Origin: an uncultured Candidatus Binatia bacterium
GTDB lineage: Bacteria; Desulfobacterota; Binatia; UBA9968; JAJDTQ01
DNA length: 64,000 nt
Reading direction: 5' to 3'
NCBI GenBank assembly: GCA_965242525.1
Contig: OZ251459.1
Coordinates: forward strand, 2,720,001-2,784,000
The notes beneath the pieces were generated by a model. That model did not search any database, had not been told where the DNA came from, and saw nothing but the letters and a program-made list of their open reading frames with translations. A program made the position numbers and the translations under genes. Below, in pieces: positions 9,226-17,947 of the stretch (position 1 is the stretch's first letter; each line of letters starts with the position of its first letter).

Positions 9226-10245
9226 ATGCTGCGACTCCCGGATTTCACCTATGTGAGGCCCCGGACCCTGGCGGAGGCGTCGCGGGCGCTGCGGGATCTC
9301 GGTCCGGAGGCCATGGCCGTGGCCGGCGGCACGGACGTCTATCCCAAGATGAAGCGGGGGCAGTTCACCCCCCGCTACCTGGTGTCGCTGGGCCGCATCG
9401 AAGAGCACCGGGGCATCCGCCGGGAGGAAGGCCGCGGGCTGTGGATCGGCGCCGGGGAGAGCCTGAGCGCGGTGGCCGGGCACGACACGGTGCGGGGGGC
9501 CTTTCCCGCGCTCGCGGCCGCGGCCGGGCTGGTCTCCACGCTCCAGCTTCGGAACGCGGGGACCATCGGCGGCAACCTGTTCGTGGACACCCGCTGCAAC
9601 TACTACGACCAGTCGTTCTTCTGGCGGCAGGCGGTGGGCTTCTGCCTCAAGAAGGACGGAGACATCTGCCTGGTGGCGCCCGGGAGCCGGGTCTGTCTCG
9701 CCATCTCCTCGTCGGACACCGCGCCGGTGCTGAGCAGCCTGGACGCGGAAGCCGTGCTCGTGGGCGCCGAAGGGAGCCGGCGGGCGCCGGTGGACCGCCT
9801 GTACCGGGACGACGGCATGCATTACCTGGCCAAACGGCCCGACGAGCTGCTCCGGGGCGTGTGGATACCGGAAGCGTCCTTCGGCTGGCGCAACGTCTAT
9901 CTCAAGCTGCGGCGGCGGGGCGCCTTCGACTTCCCGGTCCTGGGCGTGGCCGCGGCCCTGCGCATGGCGGCGTCGGGGGTGTGCGAGGCGGCCAGGGTGG
10001 TCCTGACCGCGGTGGCCTCGGCGCCCAAGGCGGTGGAGGACGTTCCCGGGGTGCTGTGCGGCAAGCCGGTGGAGTCCGGCTCCATCGAGGCGGCCGCGGA
10101 CTTGGCCATGCGCGTGTCCCATCCGCTGGACAACGCGGACATGGACTACTGGTACCGCAAGCGCATGACCCGGGTGTACGTGGCCCGGGCCCTGCGCCAA
10201 CTGGCGGACGCAGGGGAGGACCGCTCGCATGTCCCGGTGGCGTGA
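9226..10245 (+). CDS. hcrB: FAD-binding medium subunit with [4Fe-4S] insertion, 4-hydroxybenzoyl-CoA reductase beta-like
   Basis: AGGTD, RNAGTIGGN; inserted 4-Cys segment RCNYYDQSFFWRQAVGFCLKKDGDICLVAPGSRVC, characteristic of HcrB-type subunits. Confidence 0.8.
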   Translation: MLRLPDFTYVRPRTLAEASRALRDLGPEAMAVAGGTDVYPKMKRGQFTPRYLVSLGRIEEHRGIRREEGRGLWIGAGESLSAVAGHDTVRGAFPALAAAAGLVSTLQLRNAGTIGGNLFVDTRCNYYDQSFFWRQAVGFCLKKDGDICLVAPGSRVCLAISSSDTAPVLSSLDAEAVLVGAEGSRRAPVDRLYRDDGMHYLAKRPDELLRGVWIPEASFGWRNVYLKLRRRGAFDFPVLGVAAALRMAASGVCEAARVVLTAVASAPKAVEDVPGVLCGKPVESGSIEAAADLAMRVSHPLDNADMDYWYRKRMTRVYVARALRQLADAGEDRSHVPVA

Positions 10246-11728
10246 GTGGTTGAGGTGGAAAGGGGCGGCCGCGCCGTCCGAACTGGAAGCGAGGCTGGAG
10301 AGCCTGGAGGCCCACTTGCGGACGGAGAACCCCGTCCTGCTGGACGCGGTCCGGAGCTTCCGCAAGCTGGACGTGGTCTCGCGCCGCCTGGGGTTCCTCG
10401 GACCGGAGGAGTCCCACGCCACGCGCATTCCCTGGTGGCCGCTGGTGGCGGTCCTGGGGACCTATTCGTCGGGCAAATCCACCTTCGTCAACGACTTCCT
10501 GCAGCAGCCGGTGCAGTCCACCGGGAACCAGGCCGTGGACGACCGCTTCACGGTGTTGTGCTTCGGCAAGGAAGAGGGCGTCCGGGTGCTGCCGGGGGTG
10601 GCCCTCGACGCCGACCCGCGCTTCCCGTTCTACAAGATGAGCCGGGCCATCGAAGAGATCAGCGCGGGGGAGGGAAGCCGCATCGACGCCTACCTCCAGC
10701 TCAAGACCTGCCCCGGCGAGGTCCTTCGGGGCAAGATCTTCATCGACTCGCCCGGTTTCGACGCGGACCAGCAGCGGACCGAGACCCTGCGGGTGACGGC
10801 CCGCATCATGGACCTGTCGGACCTGGTGCTGGTGTTCTTCGACGCCAGGCATCCCGAGCCCGGCACCATGAAGGACACCCTGCAGCACCTGGTGGAGGAG
10901 ACCATCCACCGGACCGATTCGAGCAAGTTCCTCTACGTGTTGAACCAGATGGACCACACGGCCCGGGAGAACAACCCGGAAGACGTGGTGGGCTCGTGGC
11001 AGCGCGCGCTGGCCCAGAAGGGGCTCACCGCGGGGCGCTTCTACGCCATATACAGTCCCGGGGCCGCGGTCCCCATCGAGGACCCGGGCCTGCGCGCCCG
11101 TTTCGAGCAGAAGCGCGACCTCGACCTGGCGGAGATCCACCAGCGCATCCGGCAGGTGGAAGTGGATCGGGCCTACCGCGTCATGGGAGTGCTCGAGCAC
11201 CGCGCGCGCGACGTGGAGCTCCGGCTGGCCCCGCGCCTGGATGAGATGTTGACGGAATGGCGCCGCCGGGTCCGGCGGCTGGACGGGGTCGTCTTCGCCG
11301 TGCTCCTTGCCGCGTTCCTGGCCTGGACCTTCCGCACCGGGGAGTGGGGCCTCCTGCTGCCCACGCATCCGTTCTGGTCCACGTTCTGGGGCTGCGCCGC
11401 CCTGGCCGCGGTCTTCCTGGCCGCGGGCTATACCCATCACTCCGTGTGCCGGCTCGCGGCCCGGCGCATGCGGAAGCGGCTTCGCCGGGAGTCGGAAGAC
11501 CCGCGCGACGCCGAGGCGATGGACGCCCTCGCAGGCGGTTTCCGGAAGAACGCGCGGATATGGCGCTCGGTGTTCGCGCTCGGGCCGTCCGGCTGGAACC
11601 GGAGCACCCGGCAGCAACTCTCCCAGATCATCACCGAGGCCAACGGTTACGTGCAGGCGCTCAACGACCGGTTCGCCGACCCCGGCGGGTCCGCGGACCC
11701 GCCGTCCTCCGCGGAGCCCCCGGCATGA
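10229..11728 (+). CDS. Dynamin-superfamily (EHD-like) P-loop NTPase with two C-terminal TM helices
   Basis: G1 GTYSSGKS, G2-region STGNQAVDDRFT, G3 DSPG, G4 LNQMD; hydrophobic segments VVFAVLLAAFLAW and WGCAALAAVFLAAGY. Confidence 0.75.
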   Translation: MSRWREWLRWKGAAAPSELEARLESLEAHLRTENPVLLDAVRSFRKLDVVSRRLGFLGPEESHATRIPWWPLVAVLGTYSSGKSTFVNDFLQQPVQSTGNQAVDDRFTVLCFGKEEGVRVLPGVALDADPRFPFYKMSRAIEEISAGEGSRIDAYLQLKTCPGEVLRGKIFIDSPGFDADQQRTETLRVTARIMDLSDLVLVFFDARHPEPGTMKDTLQHLVEETIHRTDSSKFLYVLNQMDHTARENNPEDVVGSWQRALAQKGLTAGRFYAIYSPGAAVPIEDPGLRARFEQKRDLDLAEIHQRIRQVEVDRAYRVMGVLEHRARDVELRLAPRLDEMLTEWRRRVRRLDGVVFAVLLAAFLAWTFRTGEWGLLLPTHPFWSTFWGCAALAAVFLAAGYTHHSVCRLAARRMRKRLRRESEDPRDAEAMDALAGGFRKNARIWRSVFALGPSGWNRSTRQQLSQIITEANGYVQALNDRFADPGGSADPPSSAEPPA

Positions 11729-11774
11729 CGCGGCTCCCCGGACCCGCGCCCTGCCGGAGGTTCCGCGGCGCAGG

Positions 11775-12461
11775 CTACCGGGCCTCTTCCGGGGCCGCGG
11801 CCGGCGAGGGTTGCCCGGGCGCAGCCGGCGGACCGAACGACCTGCCGACGATGCCCGACGAGACGATGAACTTGAAGGCTTCCTCCACGTTGTAGTCGGT
11901 GTCGATGACGTCGGTTTCCGGCACCTGGACGAGGAAGCCGGAGGTCGGGTTCGGCGTGGTGGGCACGAAGACCGACAACAGCGCGCCGGAGGAGGACAGG
12001 TCGAAAGGGTCGGGTCGCCGGGTCGCCACGAAGCCCATCATCCAGACGCCCTGTTTGGGATATTCCAGCAGCACCACCCGCTGGAAGCTGCGGTTGGGGC
12101 CGTGGAGGGTCTCGACCATCTGCTTCACCGCGCCGTAGATGCTGCTCACCAACGGCAGGCTCATGACCAGTTGGTTGAGGGCCGCCAGGATGCGTCGGCC
12201 GATGACGTTGGCGCCGAACAGCCCCATGAAGAAGATCAGCATCAGGGCCAGGAGCAGGTTGATGAACGGGACCAGCGGCGTGAGCCAGCGCAGGTCGTCC
12301 AGGTCGAAGAAGGACAGGACGCCCAGGAGGATCGGCGCGCCCGCGTTGTTGAGCAGGTTGAACAGGAACGCGATGAGGATATAGGTGACGAACAGCGGGA
12401 TCAGGATCAGGAACCCCGTGATCATCGTGTTGCGCAGGAAATGCGGCTTCTTGGCTTGCAT
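11775..12461 (-). CDS. DUF502-family membrane protein
   Basis: Two TM helices; PLVSSIYGAVKQ, VVLLEYP, VFVPTTPNPTSGF, FKFIVSSG. Confidence 0.9.
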   Translation of the reverse strand: MQAKKPHFLRNTMITGFLILIPLFVTYILIAFLFNLLNNAGAPILLGVLSFFDLDDLRWLTPLVPFINLLLALMLIFFMGLFGANVIGRRILAALNQLVMSLPLVSSIYGAVKQMVETLHGPNRSFQRVVLLEYPKQGVWMMGFVATRRPDPFDLSSSGALLSVFVPTTPNPTSGFLVQVPETDVIDTDYNVEEAFKFIVSSGIVGRSFGPPAAPGQPSPAAAPEEAR

Positions 12462-12569
12462 GGCGATGGACTCTCGGCGGGAACGACGACCCGGCGGCTC
12501 GGCAACCGGGAAACCATACTCGAACCGGCCGCCGGTGGCAAGCGGGAGCAGGTGGGAACTTGCATATGC

Positions 12570-12635
12570 CGAGCAACGCCCGGAAGTCTGCGGCGGGTGA
12601 CCGCCCCGGGCGCGGCTTGAGGCAGTCGGGACGCC
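12570..12635 (+). repeat. Direct repeat copy 1 (matches the 3' end of the SGNH gene and its downstream sequence)
   Basis: CGAGCAACGCCCGGAAGTCTGCG(G/A)CGGGTGACCGCCC...GAGGCAG(T/G)CGGGACGCC also occurs at 14001-14066. Confidence 0.9.
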
Positions 12636-12663
12636 GTGGTATCTTCGTCGCTTTCTCGACGAG

Positions 12664-12704
12664 GCGCGTCCTTCGACTTCGCTTCGCTACGCTCAGGACG
12701 GACG
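12664..12704 (-). repeat. REP-like dispersed repeat
   Basis: GCGCGTCCTTCGACTTCGCTTCGCTACGCTCAGGACGGACG, the reverse complement of the 1985 unit. Confidence 0.85.
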
Positions 12705-12768
12705 GAGATGGTCGTCCGGCCCTGACCCTTCCCGGAACTTCACCGGGCGCCCCGGGAGACCCCGCGCG

Positions 12769-14031
12769 ATGGATTACGTTGGTTATCCTCCCCCCAGTGG
12801 CCGGTTCCGCGGTGCGCTGCGGCGCATCGGCTGGAATGCGCTCCTCATGGTCGCGGGCGTCGCGCTGGTGGCGTTGGCCGGAGAAGCCTGGTTCCGCCTG
12901 ACCGTGCCGTTCATGAAATCGAGCCGACCCCTGGAACACGTCCCGAACGTCGGCTCCCTCAGGCCGCCGAACACGGAGATACGCCATACCAACGGACTCG
13001 ACTACTGGAACGCCTCCCGCACCAACAGCCTGGGCTTCCTCGACCGGGAACCCCCGAACCCCGAACGCGCCGCAGCAACCTGCCACGTCTCCATCATCGG
13101 CGACTCCTTCGTGGAGGCGATGGAGGTCCCCATCGATCGAAAGCTCCAGGTTCGCCTCGAAGAACTCGCCGCCAGCCGGTTGCCCCATCTGGACGTCACG
13201 ACCTCGGCCTTCGGGTTGAGACATTCCGGCCAAGTCCAGCAACTGCCGTTCTACGACGAATATGCCCGGCGCCTCCGTCCCAAACTGCTCGTGCTGGTCT
13301 TCGTCGACAATGATTTCCTCGACAACACGCCGGTTCTGCGGGAACTGAACTCGGGAAGATGGGGCCGCGGAAGAGGGGAACATCGTTTGGAGCCCATCGT
13401 GAGAAAGCGCTCGGACGGGGAGTTGGAACTGGGATGGTCCTCCCCCCAGGACCAGCTTCCGCCGAGTTCCTGGCCCCCGCCACCGTGGACCGCCCGCGCC
13501 ATGAGGAAGATGACGGACCATTCGTGGCTTGCCATCTGGTTGTACGTCAAGAAGGGAGTCCTGTTTCCTGCTGACCGGGGGCAATGGTTCACCATGACCG
13601 TGGAGGCGCTGAGGCGGCAGCCCGGCTATGCCGCACTGCTCGAAGGATGGCAGCCCACCACTCGGGGCGCCGTGCGTCGAATGTTCACTCGAAAAGACAT
13701 CCCTCCCTTTTTCGAGGATGCCCTGCAATACACCCGCTTCGCGCTGGAGCAGTTCCAGCAGCGCGCCGACCGGGACGGCGCCACGCTGGTCATCCTGGCG
13801 ACACACGGATTGAAGCTCCACGGAACCCACGCGTTCGAACGGATGAGCAAAATGGCCGCAACCTTGGGCATTCCCGTCATCGACCATGCCGACTACATCC
13901 TCCGTCAAGGCGCCGAGCTCGCGGACGCCCGATGGCCCCACGACGCCCACTGGAGCCCCGCCGGCCACCAATGGGCCGCAGAGGCCCTGTTCGAGTACAT
14001 CGAGCAACGCCCGGAAGTCTGCGACGGGTGA
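12769..14031 (+). CDS. Membrane-anchored SGNH/GDSL hydrolase (AlgX/AlgJ-like acetyltransferase/esterase)
   Basis: N-terminal TM helix; RTNSLGFLD, IIGDSFVEA (GDS), VFVDND, DAHWSPAGH (DxH). Confidence 0.8.
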   Translation: MDYVGYPPPSGRFRGALRRIGWNALLMVAGVALVALAGEAWFRLTVPFMKSSRPLEHVPNVGSLRPPNTEIRHTNGLDYWNASRTNSLGFLDREPPNPERAAATCHVSIIGDSFVEAMEVPIDRKLQVRLEELAASRLPHLDVTTSAFGLRHSGQVQQLPFYDEYARRLRPKLLVLVFVDNDFLDNTPVLRELNSGRWGRGRGEHRLEPIVRKRSDGELELGWSSPQDQLPPSSWPPPPWTARAMRKMTDHSWLAIWLYVKKGVLFPADRGQWFTMTVEALRRQPGYAALLEGWQPTTRGAVRRMFTRKDIPPFFEDALQYTRFALEQFQQRADRDGATLVILATHGLKLHGTHAFERMSKMAATLGIPVIDHADYILRQGAELADARWPHDAHWSPAGHQWAAEALFEYIEQRPEVCDG

Positions 14032-14066
14032 CCGCCCTCGGCGCGGCTCGAGGCAGGCGGGACGCC
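14001..14066 (+). repeat. Direct repeat copy 2
   Basis: Near-identical to 12570-12635; spans the last codons and stop of the SGNH gene. Confidence 0.9.
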
Positions 14067-14109
14067 TTCGGTATGGGAAAGATCGCTTGTCCACGCCGCC
14101 GCCATCCTG

Positions 14110-14139
14110 TTGACATTTTCGTCTAACTTGTCGTATGAT
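14110..14139 (+). promoter_or_regulatory. sigma70-type promoter upstream of treT
   Basis: TTGACA-N18-TATGAT. Confidence 0.6.
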
Positions 14140-14182
14140 CTGAACAATTCGTGCCTATTTTCACGGCATTGGAGGACCAGGC

Positions 14183-15640
14183 TTGACTTTCCTGAACGAC
14201 GCGCCGGATATACCGCAATTTTCCCCGCCCCCGCCCGAAACCGTCAACGGCAACGGCCGGAACGGGACTTCTCCCGGCCTGGAAGAACATCGGCCGGAAG
14301 CGTCCTTCGACCTCGCCGACTACGAGGAGGTCATCGGCAGGCCGCGGATGGAAGAGCTCCGGCGGCTGGCGGAGCCGTTGACGGACTACGGATGGGTGAA
14401 CGTGAACTCCACCGCGGTGGGCGGAGGGGTGGCCGAGATGCTTCGCAGCGCCGTTCCCCTGGCCCGGTTGCTGGGGGTCGATGCCCGGTGGTGCACCATT
14501 CGCGGCAACCGCGAGTTCTTCCAGGTCACCAAGAAGTTCCACAACCTGCTCCAGGGAGCGGGGGAGCCCATTTCCCTGGAAGAGATCTTCGGCGCCTACC
14601 TGGACACCATCGACGAGAACGCCCGCAACACGTTCATCGCTTCCGACCTCACCGTGGTCCACGACCCGCAGCCCGCGGCCATGATCATGAACGCGCCGAT
14701 CTTCGGCAACGTGGTCTGGCGCTGCCACATCGACACGTCGGCGCCGGACAAGACCGTCTGGCGGTTCCTCCTGCCTTACGTCAACCACTGCGACGGCGCG
14801 ATCTTCACCATGCGCGAGTTCGTGGGCCCGGGGCTCAAGGTCCCGGTCTATGAGGTCATGCCCTGCATCGACCCCCTGGCGGAGAAGAACCGGCGCTACA
14901 CCCGGACCCAGGCCCTGGACGTCCTGCAGCCGCTGTTCGAGGCCCACCAGGTGGACCCCGGGCGGCCCATACTCGCGGCGGTCTCCCGCTACGACCGTCA
15001 CAAGAACCAGGGCGCCATCCTGAAGGCGTTCCAGCGCCTGGGCCGGGAGCGGCGGCGCGACCCGAGGCCGTACCTCGTCTTCATCGGGAACACCGCGTCG
15101 GACGACCCGGAAGGGGACGACGTCCTGAACGAACTGAAGCAACAGGGGGGCGACCACCCGGACGTTCGCTTCTGGGTCAACGTCGAGGACAACGACCGGG
15201 TGGTGGGCGCGCTGATGAGCGTCGCCCACGGCTTCGTCCACGTCTCGACCCGGGAGGGTTTCGGCCTGGTGGTGGCCGAAGCCCTCTGGCAGGGCGCGCC
15301 GGTCATCGGGTCCCGGGTGGGCGGCATCAAGCGGCAGGTCATCGACGGGGTGACGGGCCATCTCGTGGACCCGCTGGACACCGACGCCATCGCCTCCCGC
15401 ATGGCCGCGGTCCTGGACGACGTGGAAGGAGCGGCCGCCCTCGGTCGCCGGGGACGGGAGCACGTCCGCCAGCACTTCCTGCTGCCGGAATTGGTCAAGC
15501 GCTACCTGGTCCTCATGAGGTACCACTCCCGCATCAGCGAGGAGTTGCCTCCGTTCCGGTACGACGACCTGACCCACAGCGACATCGTGAGCGCGTTCCG
15601 CCGCCCCCATCCGCAGTTGCCCGACTGGAGGAACCCGTGA
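14183..15640 (+). CDS. treT: GT4 glycosyltransferase, trehalose synthase (TreT)-like
   Basis: NVNSTAVGGGVAEML, FFQVTKKFHNLLQG, VHDPQP, WRCHID, VSRYDRHK, STREGFGLVVAEALW; TTG start after RBS GGAGG. Confidence 0.8.
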   Translation: MTFLNDAPDIPQFSPPPPETVNGNGRNGTSPGLEEHRPEASFDLADYEEVIGRPRMEELRRLAEPLTDYGWVNVNSTAVGGGVAEMLRSAVPLARLLGVDARWCTIRGNREFFQVTKKFHNLLQGAGEPISLEEIFGAYLDTIDENARNTFIASDLTVVHDPQPAAMIMNAPIFGNVVWRCHIDTSAPDKTVWRFLLPYVNHCDGAIFTMREFVGPGLKVPVYEVMPCIDPLAEKNRRYTRTQALDVLQPLFEAHQVDPGRPILAAVSRYDRHKNQGAILKAFQRLGRERRRDPRPYLVFIGNTASDDPEGDDVLNELKQQGGDHPDVRFWVNVEDNDRVVGALMSVAHGFVHVSTREGFGLVVAEALWQGAPVIGSRVGGIKRQVIDGVTGHLVDPLDTDAIASRMAAVLDDVEGAAALGRRGREHVRQHFLLPELVKRYLVLMRYHSRISEELPPFRYDDLTHSDIVSAFRRPHPQLPDWRNP

Positions 15641-15739
15641 CGTTTTCGTCGTTTTCCGTTTACAATCGCGTTGCGATTTCGTAAGTTACGTGGGAACTGA
15701 AACGGCGCCCCGTTCCAGGGAGCGCAGGGAGGGAAATGC

Positions 15740-16048
15740 ATGGCAGCAGCAGCGAAGATGACGCAGGCAAGGATCGTGGCCGACTTGGCGGCAAAGTGCG
15801 ACCTCGACAAGCGTACCGCGAAAGAGTTTCTGGACAACCTGGCGGCTTTGGCCGTCAAGGAGACGAAGAAGAACGGGGTCTTCATCGTGCCGGGTATCGG
15901 GCGGCTCGTGAAGACCAACCGGAAGGCTCGCATGGGGCGCAATCCGGCTACGGGCGAATCCATCAAGATACCCGCGAAGAGGGTCATCAAGTTCCGGATC
16001 GCCAAGGCCTGCCAGGAAGCCATCGTCCCGCCGAAGAAACCCAAGTAG
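15740..16048 (+). CDS. hup: HU-family DNA-binding protein
   Basis: PGIG, RKARMGRNPATGESIKIPAK, KFR. Confidence 0.93.
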   Translation: MAAAAKMTQARIVADLAAKCDLDKRTAKEFLDNLAALAVKETKKNGVFIVPGIGRLVKTNRKARMGRNPATGESIKIPAKRVIKFRIAKACQEAIVPPKKPK

Positions 16049-16092
16049 GCGTCGTCCGGGCGTTCTTCCCCGTGGCGGAAGCGCGCGAGGAG

Positions 16093-17148
16093 ATGCGACG
16101 GACCACCGCGGGCGCGGCAAAGGATCCGTTTCCCGCAACGGCTGCGGCCGGGCCGCGGACCGGGGACGCCGGGGACTCGTTCCCCGGTTCCCCGACTCCC
16201 GGCTCCGAGACCGCAGCCGATGCCGTCCGCACCGTGTTGTGGGCCCAGTACCTGACGGTCCGCGGCAACGAAGAGGGCATCCTCGACGACACGGACGCGG
16301 AGTGCCTGCACGACTTCCGGGTCGCCGTCCGGCGCGCCCGGTCCGTCGTCGGACAGTTCAGGGACGTCTTCGCGCCGGGACCCGCGGCCGGGCTCCGGCG
16401 CGGCCTCTCATGGCTCGGCAAGTCCACCAATGCGCTGAGGGACCTGGACGTCTATCTGGCGCATGAGGCGGCATACCGGGGAATGCTCTCTGGACCCCTG
16501 GCCCGGGACCTCACGCCGCTGTTCGACTACGTCCGACGCGAGCGGGAAGCGGCCCTTCGCAAGCTGGCGGACGTCATGCGTTCGCCCGAATACGCGGCTG
16601 CGCTCCGGCGGTGGCGCGAATGCGTCGAGGACCCCGCCGCCATCGGGCGTCGGGGCTCCGAGCCCGTCCTGGGGTTGGCCGGGGCGCGCGTGGCGAAGAA
16701 GTGCCGGGCCGTCCTGGAGCAGGGGAATCGGCTCTCGGGCCGCGCCGAGGCCGCGGACCTCCATTCCCTGCGCATCGAGTGCAAGAAGCTCCGCTACCTC
16801 CTGGAGACCCTCGCGGACCGGATGCCCGAGGCCGGGGCGGTGGCGCACTGCCTGAAGAAGCTCCAGGACGCCCTGGGGCGCATCCAGGACCTCACCGTGC
16901 ACGAGTCCCGGAGCCGGGACTTCGCCCATGCGGTGTCCTCCGCGGGGGTCGGCTGCGTGCTGCCGGCCGTGGACGTGCTGGCGTCGCGCATGCGGGTGGA
17001 GAGGGAGTTGGCCGGCGCCGAGGTCCCGGGGCTGTTGGCCCGGTTCCACCGCGCCCTGCGCGAGACCGATCCTCCTTACGTCATGCTGCTCCCGTGGCTG
17101 CGCCGGATGCAGGGTCTTGGCGCAGCGGGAACAGGGCGGCGCCGATGA
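16093..17148 (+). CDS. CHAD domain (polyphosphate-binding) protein
   Basis: ECLHDFRVAVRRARS, RDLDV, LHSLRIECKKLRY, LQDALGRIQD. Confidence 0.88.
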   Translation: MRRTTAGAAKDPFPATAAAGPRTGDAGDSFPGSPTPGSETAADAVRTVLWAQYLTVRGNEEGILDDTDAECLHDFRVAVRRARSVVGQFRDVFAPGPAAGLRRGLSWLGKSTNALRDLDVYLAHEAAYRGMLSGPLARDLTPLFDYVRREREAALRKLADVMRSPEYAAALRRWRECVEDPAAIGRRGSEPVLGLAGARVAKKCRAVLEQGNRLSGRAEAADLHSLRIECKKLRYLLETLADRMPEAGAVAHCLKKLQDALGRIQDLTVHESRSRDFAHAVSSAGVGCVLPAVDVLASRMRVERELAGAEVPGLLARFHRALRETDPPYVMLLPWLRRMQGLGAAGTGRRR

Positions 17149-17866
17149 TGCCTGCGGCGTTCCCGAGGCGCGCCGCTTCCACGCGGCAGCCCACGCCCTC
17201 GAGGCAGGGAAGGAACTTCTCGAACTTCTTGCTGACTCCGCCCCCGATGATGAACAGATCGACTCCGAGAAGGTACTCCACGTGGACGAGGTAGTCGTTC
17301 AACCTCTTGCCCCATTTCTTCCAGCTCAGGTCTTCGGCGGTCCGCACGTTGCCCGCCGCCCTCTTCTCCGCGGCCTTGCCGCGCATTTCGAGATGCCCCA
17401 GCTCGGTGTCCGGCAGGAGGACGCCGTCGCGGAAGACCGCGGTGCCGATGCCGGTACCCAGGGTGATCATCATCACGGTCCCGCCCGCGCCCCTTCCGGC
17501 GCCGAACTCGAACTCCGCCAGTCCCGCGGCGTCGGCGTCGTTGCCGATGGCCACCCGGGGCGCGTTCATCCCGGCCTGGAGCCGGGCGGCGAGGTCGTAG
17601 CCGATCCAGGATGAATCGAGGTTCGGGGCCCGCTCGACCCGCCCCCTCTTGACCAGGCCGGGGAAGCCGCAACCGACGGGCCCGCGCCATTGCAGCCGCC
17701 GCTGCAATTCCGTGACGGTCTCCAGGACCGCTTCCGGCGTTGCGGGCTGGGGCGTGGGGAGCCGCAGCCGCTCCGTGGCCATCCGTCCGTTCCGGGTGTC
17801 GATCAACGCGGTCTTGACCCCGGTGCCGCCGATGTCGATGCCCATGACCGTGTCTTCCTGGCTCAT
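17081..17866 (-). CDS. ppgK: Polyphosphate glucokinase (ROK family)
   Basis: GIDIGGTGVK, TPQPATP, NDADAAGLAE, TLGTGIG, ELGH, IGGGVSK, GIIGAA. Confidence 0.88.
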   Translation of the reverse strand: MSQEDTVMGIDIGGTGVKTALIDTRNGRMATERLRLPTPQPATPEAVLETVTELQRRLQWRGPVGCGFPGLVKRGRVERAPNLDSSWIGYDLAARLQAGMNAPRVAIGNDADAAGLAEFEFGAGRGAGGTVMMITLGTGIGTAVFRDGVLLPDTELGHLEMRGKAAEKRAAGNVRTAEDLSWKKWGKRLNDYLVHVEYLLGVDLFIIGGGVSKKFEKFLPCLEGVGCRVEAARLGNAAGIIGAALFPLRQDPASGAATGAA

Positions 17867-17947
17867 CGTTCCTCCCGTTGGCGCTTGCGGCTATTCATGG
17901 ATTTCCCAATGGTCTATCATCGTTGAAGCGTACGGGGAACGCAACAC

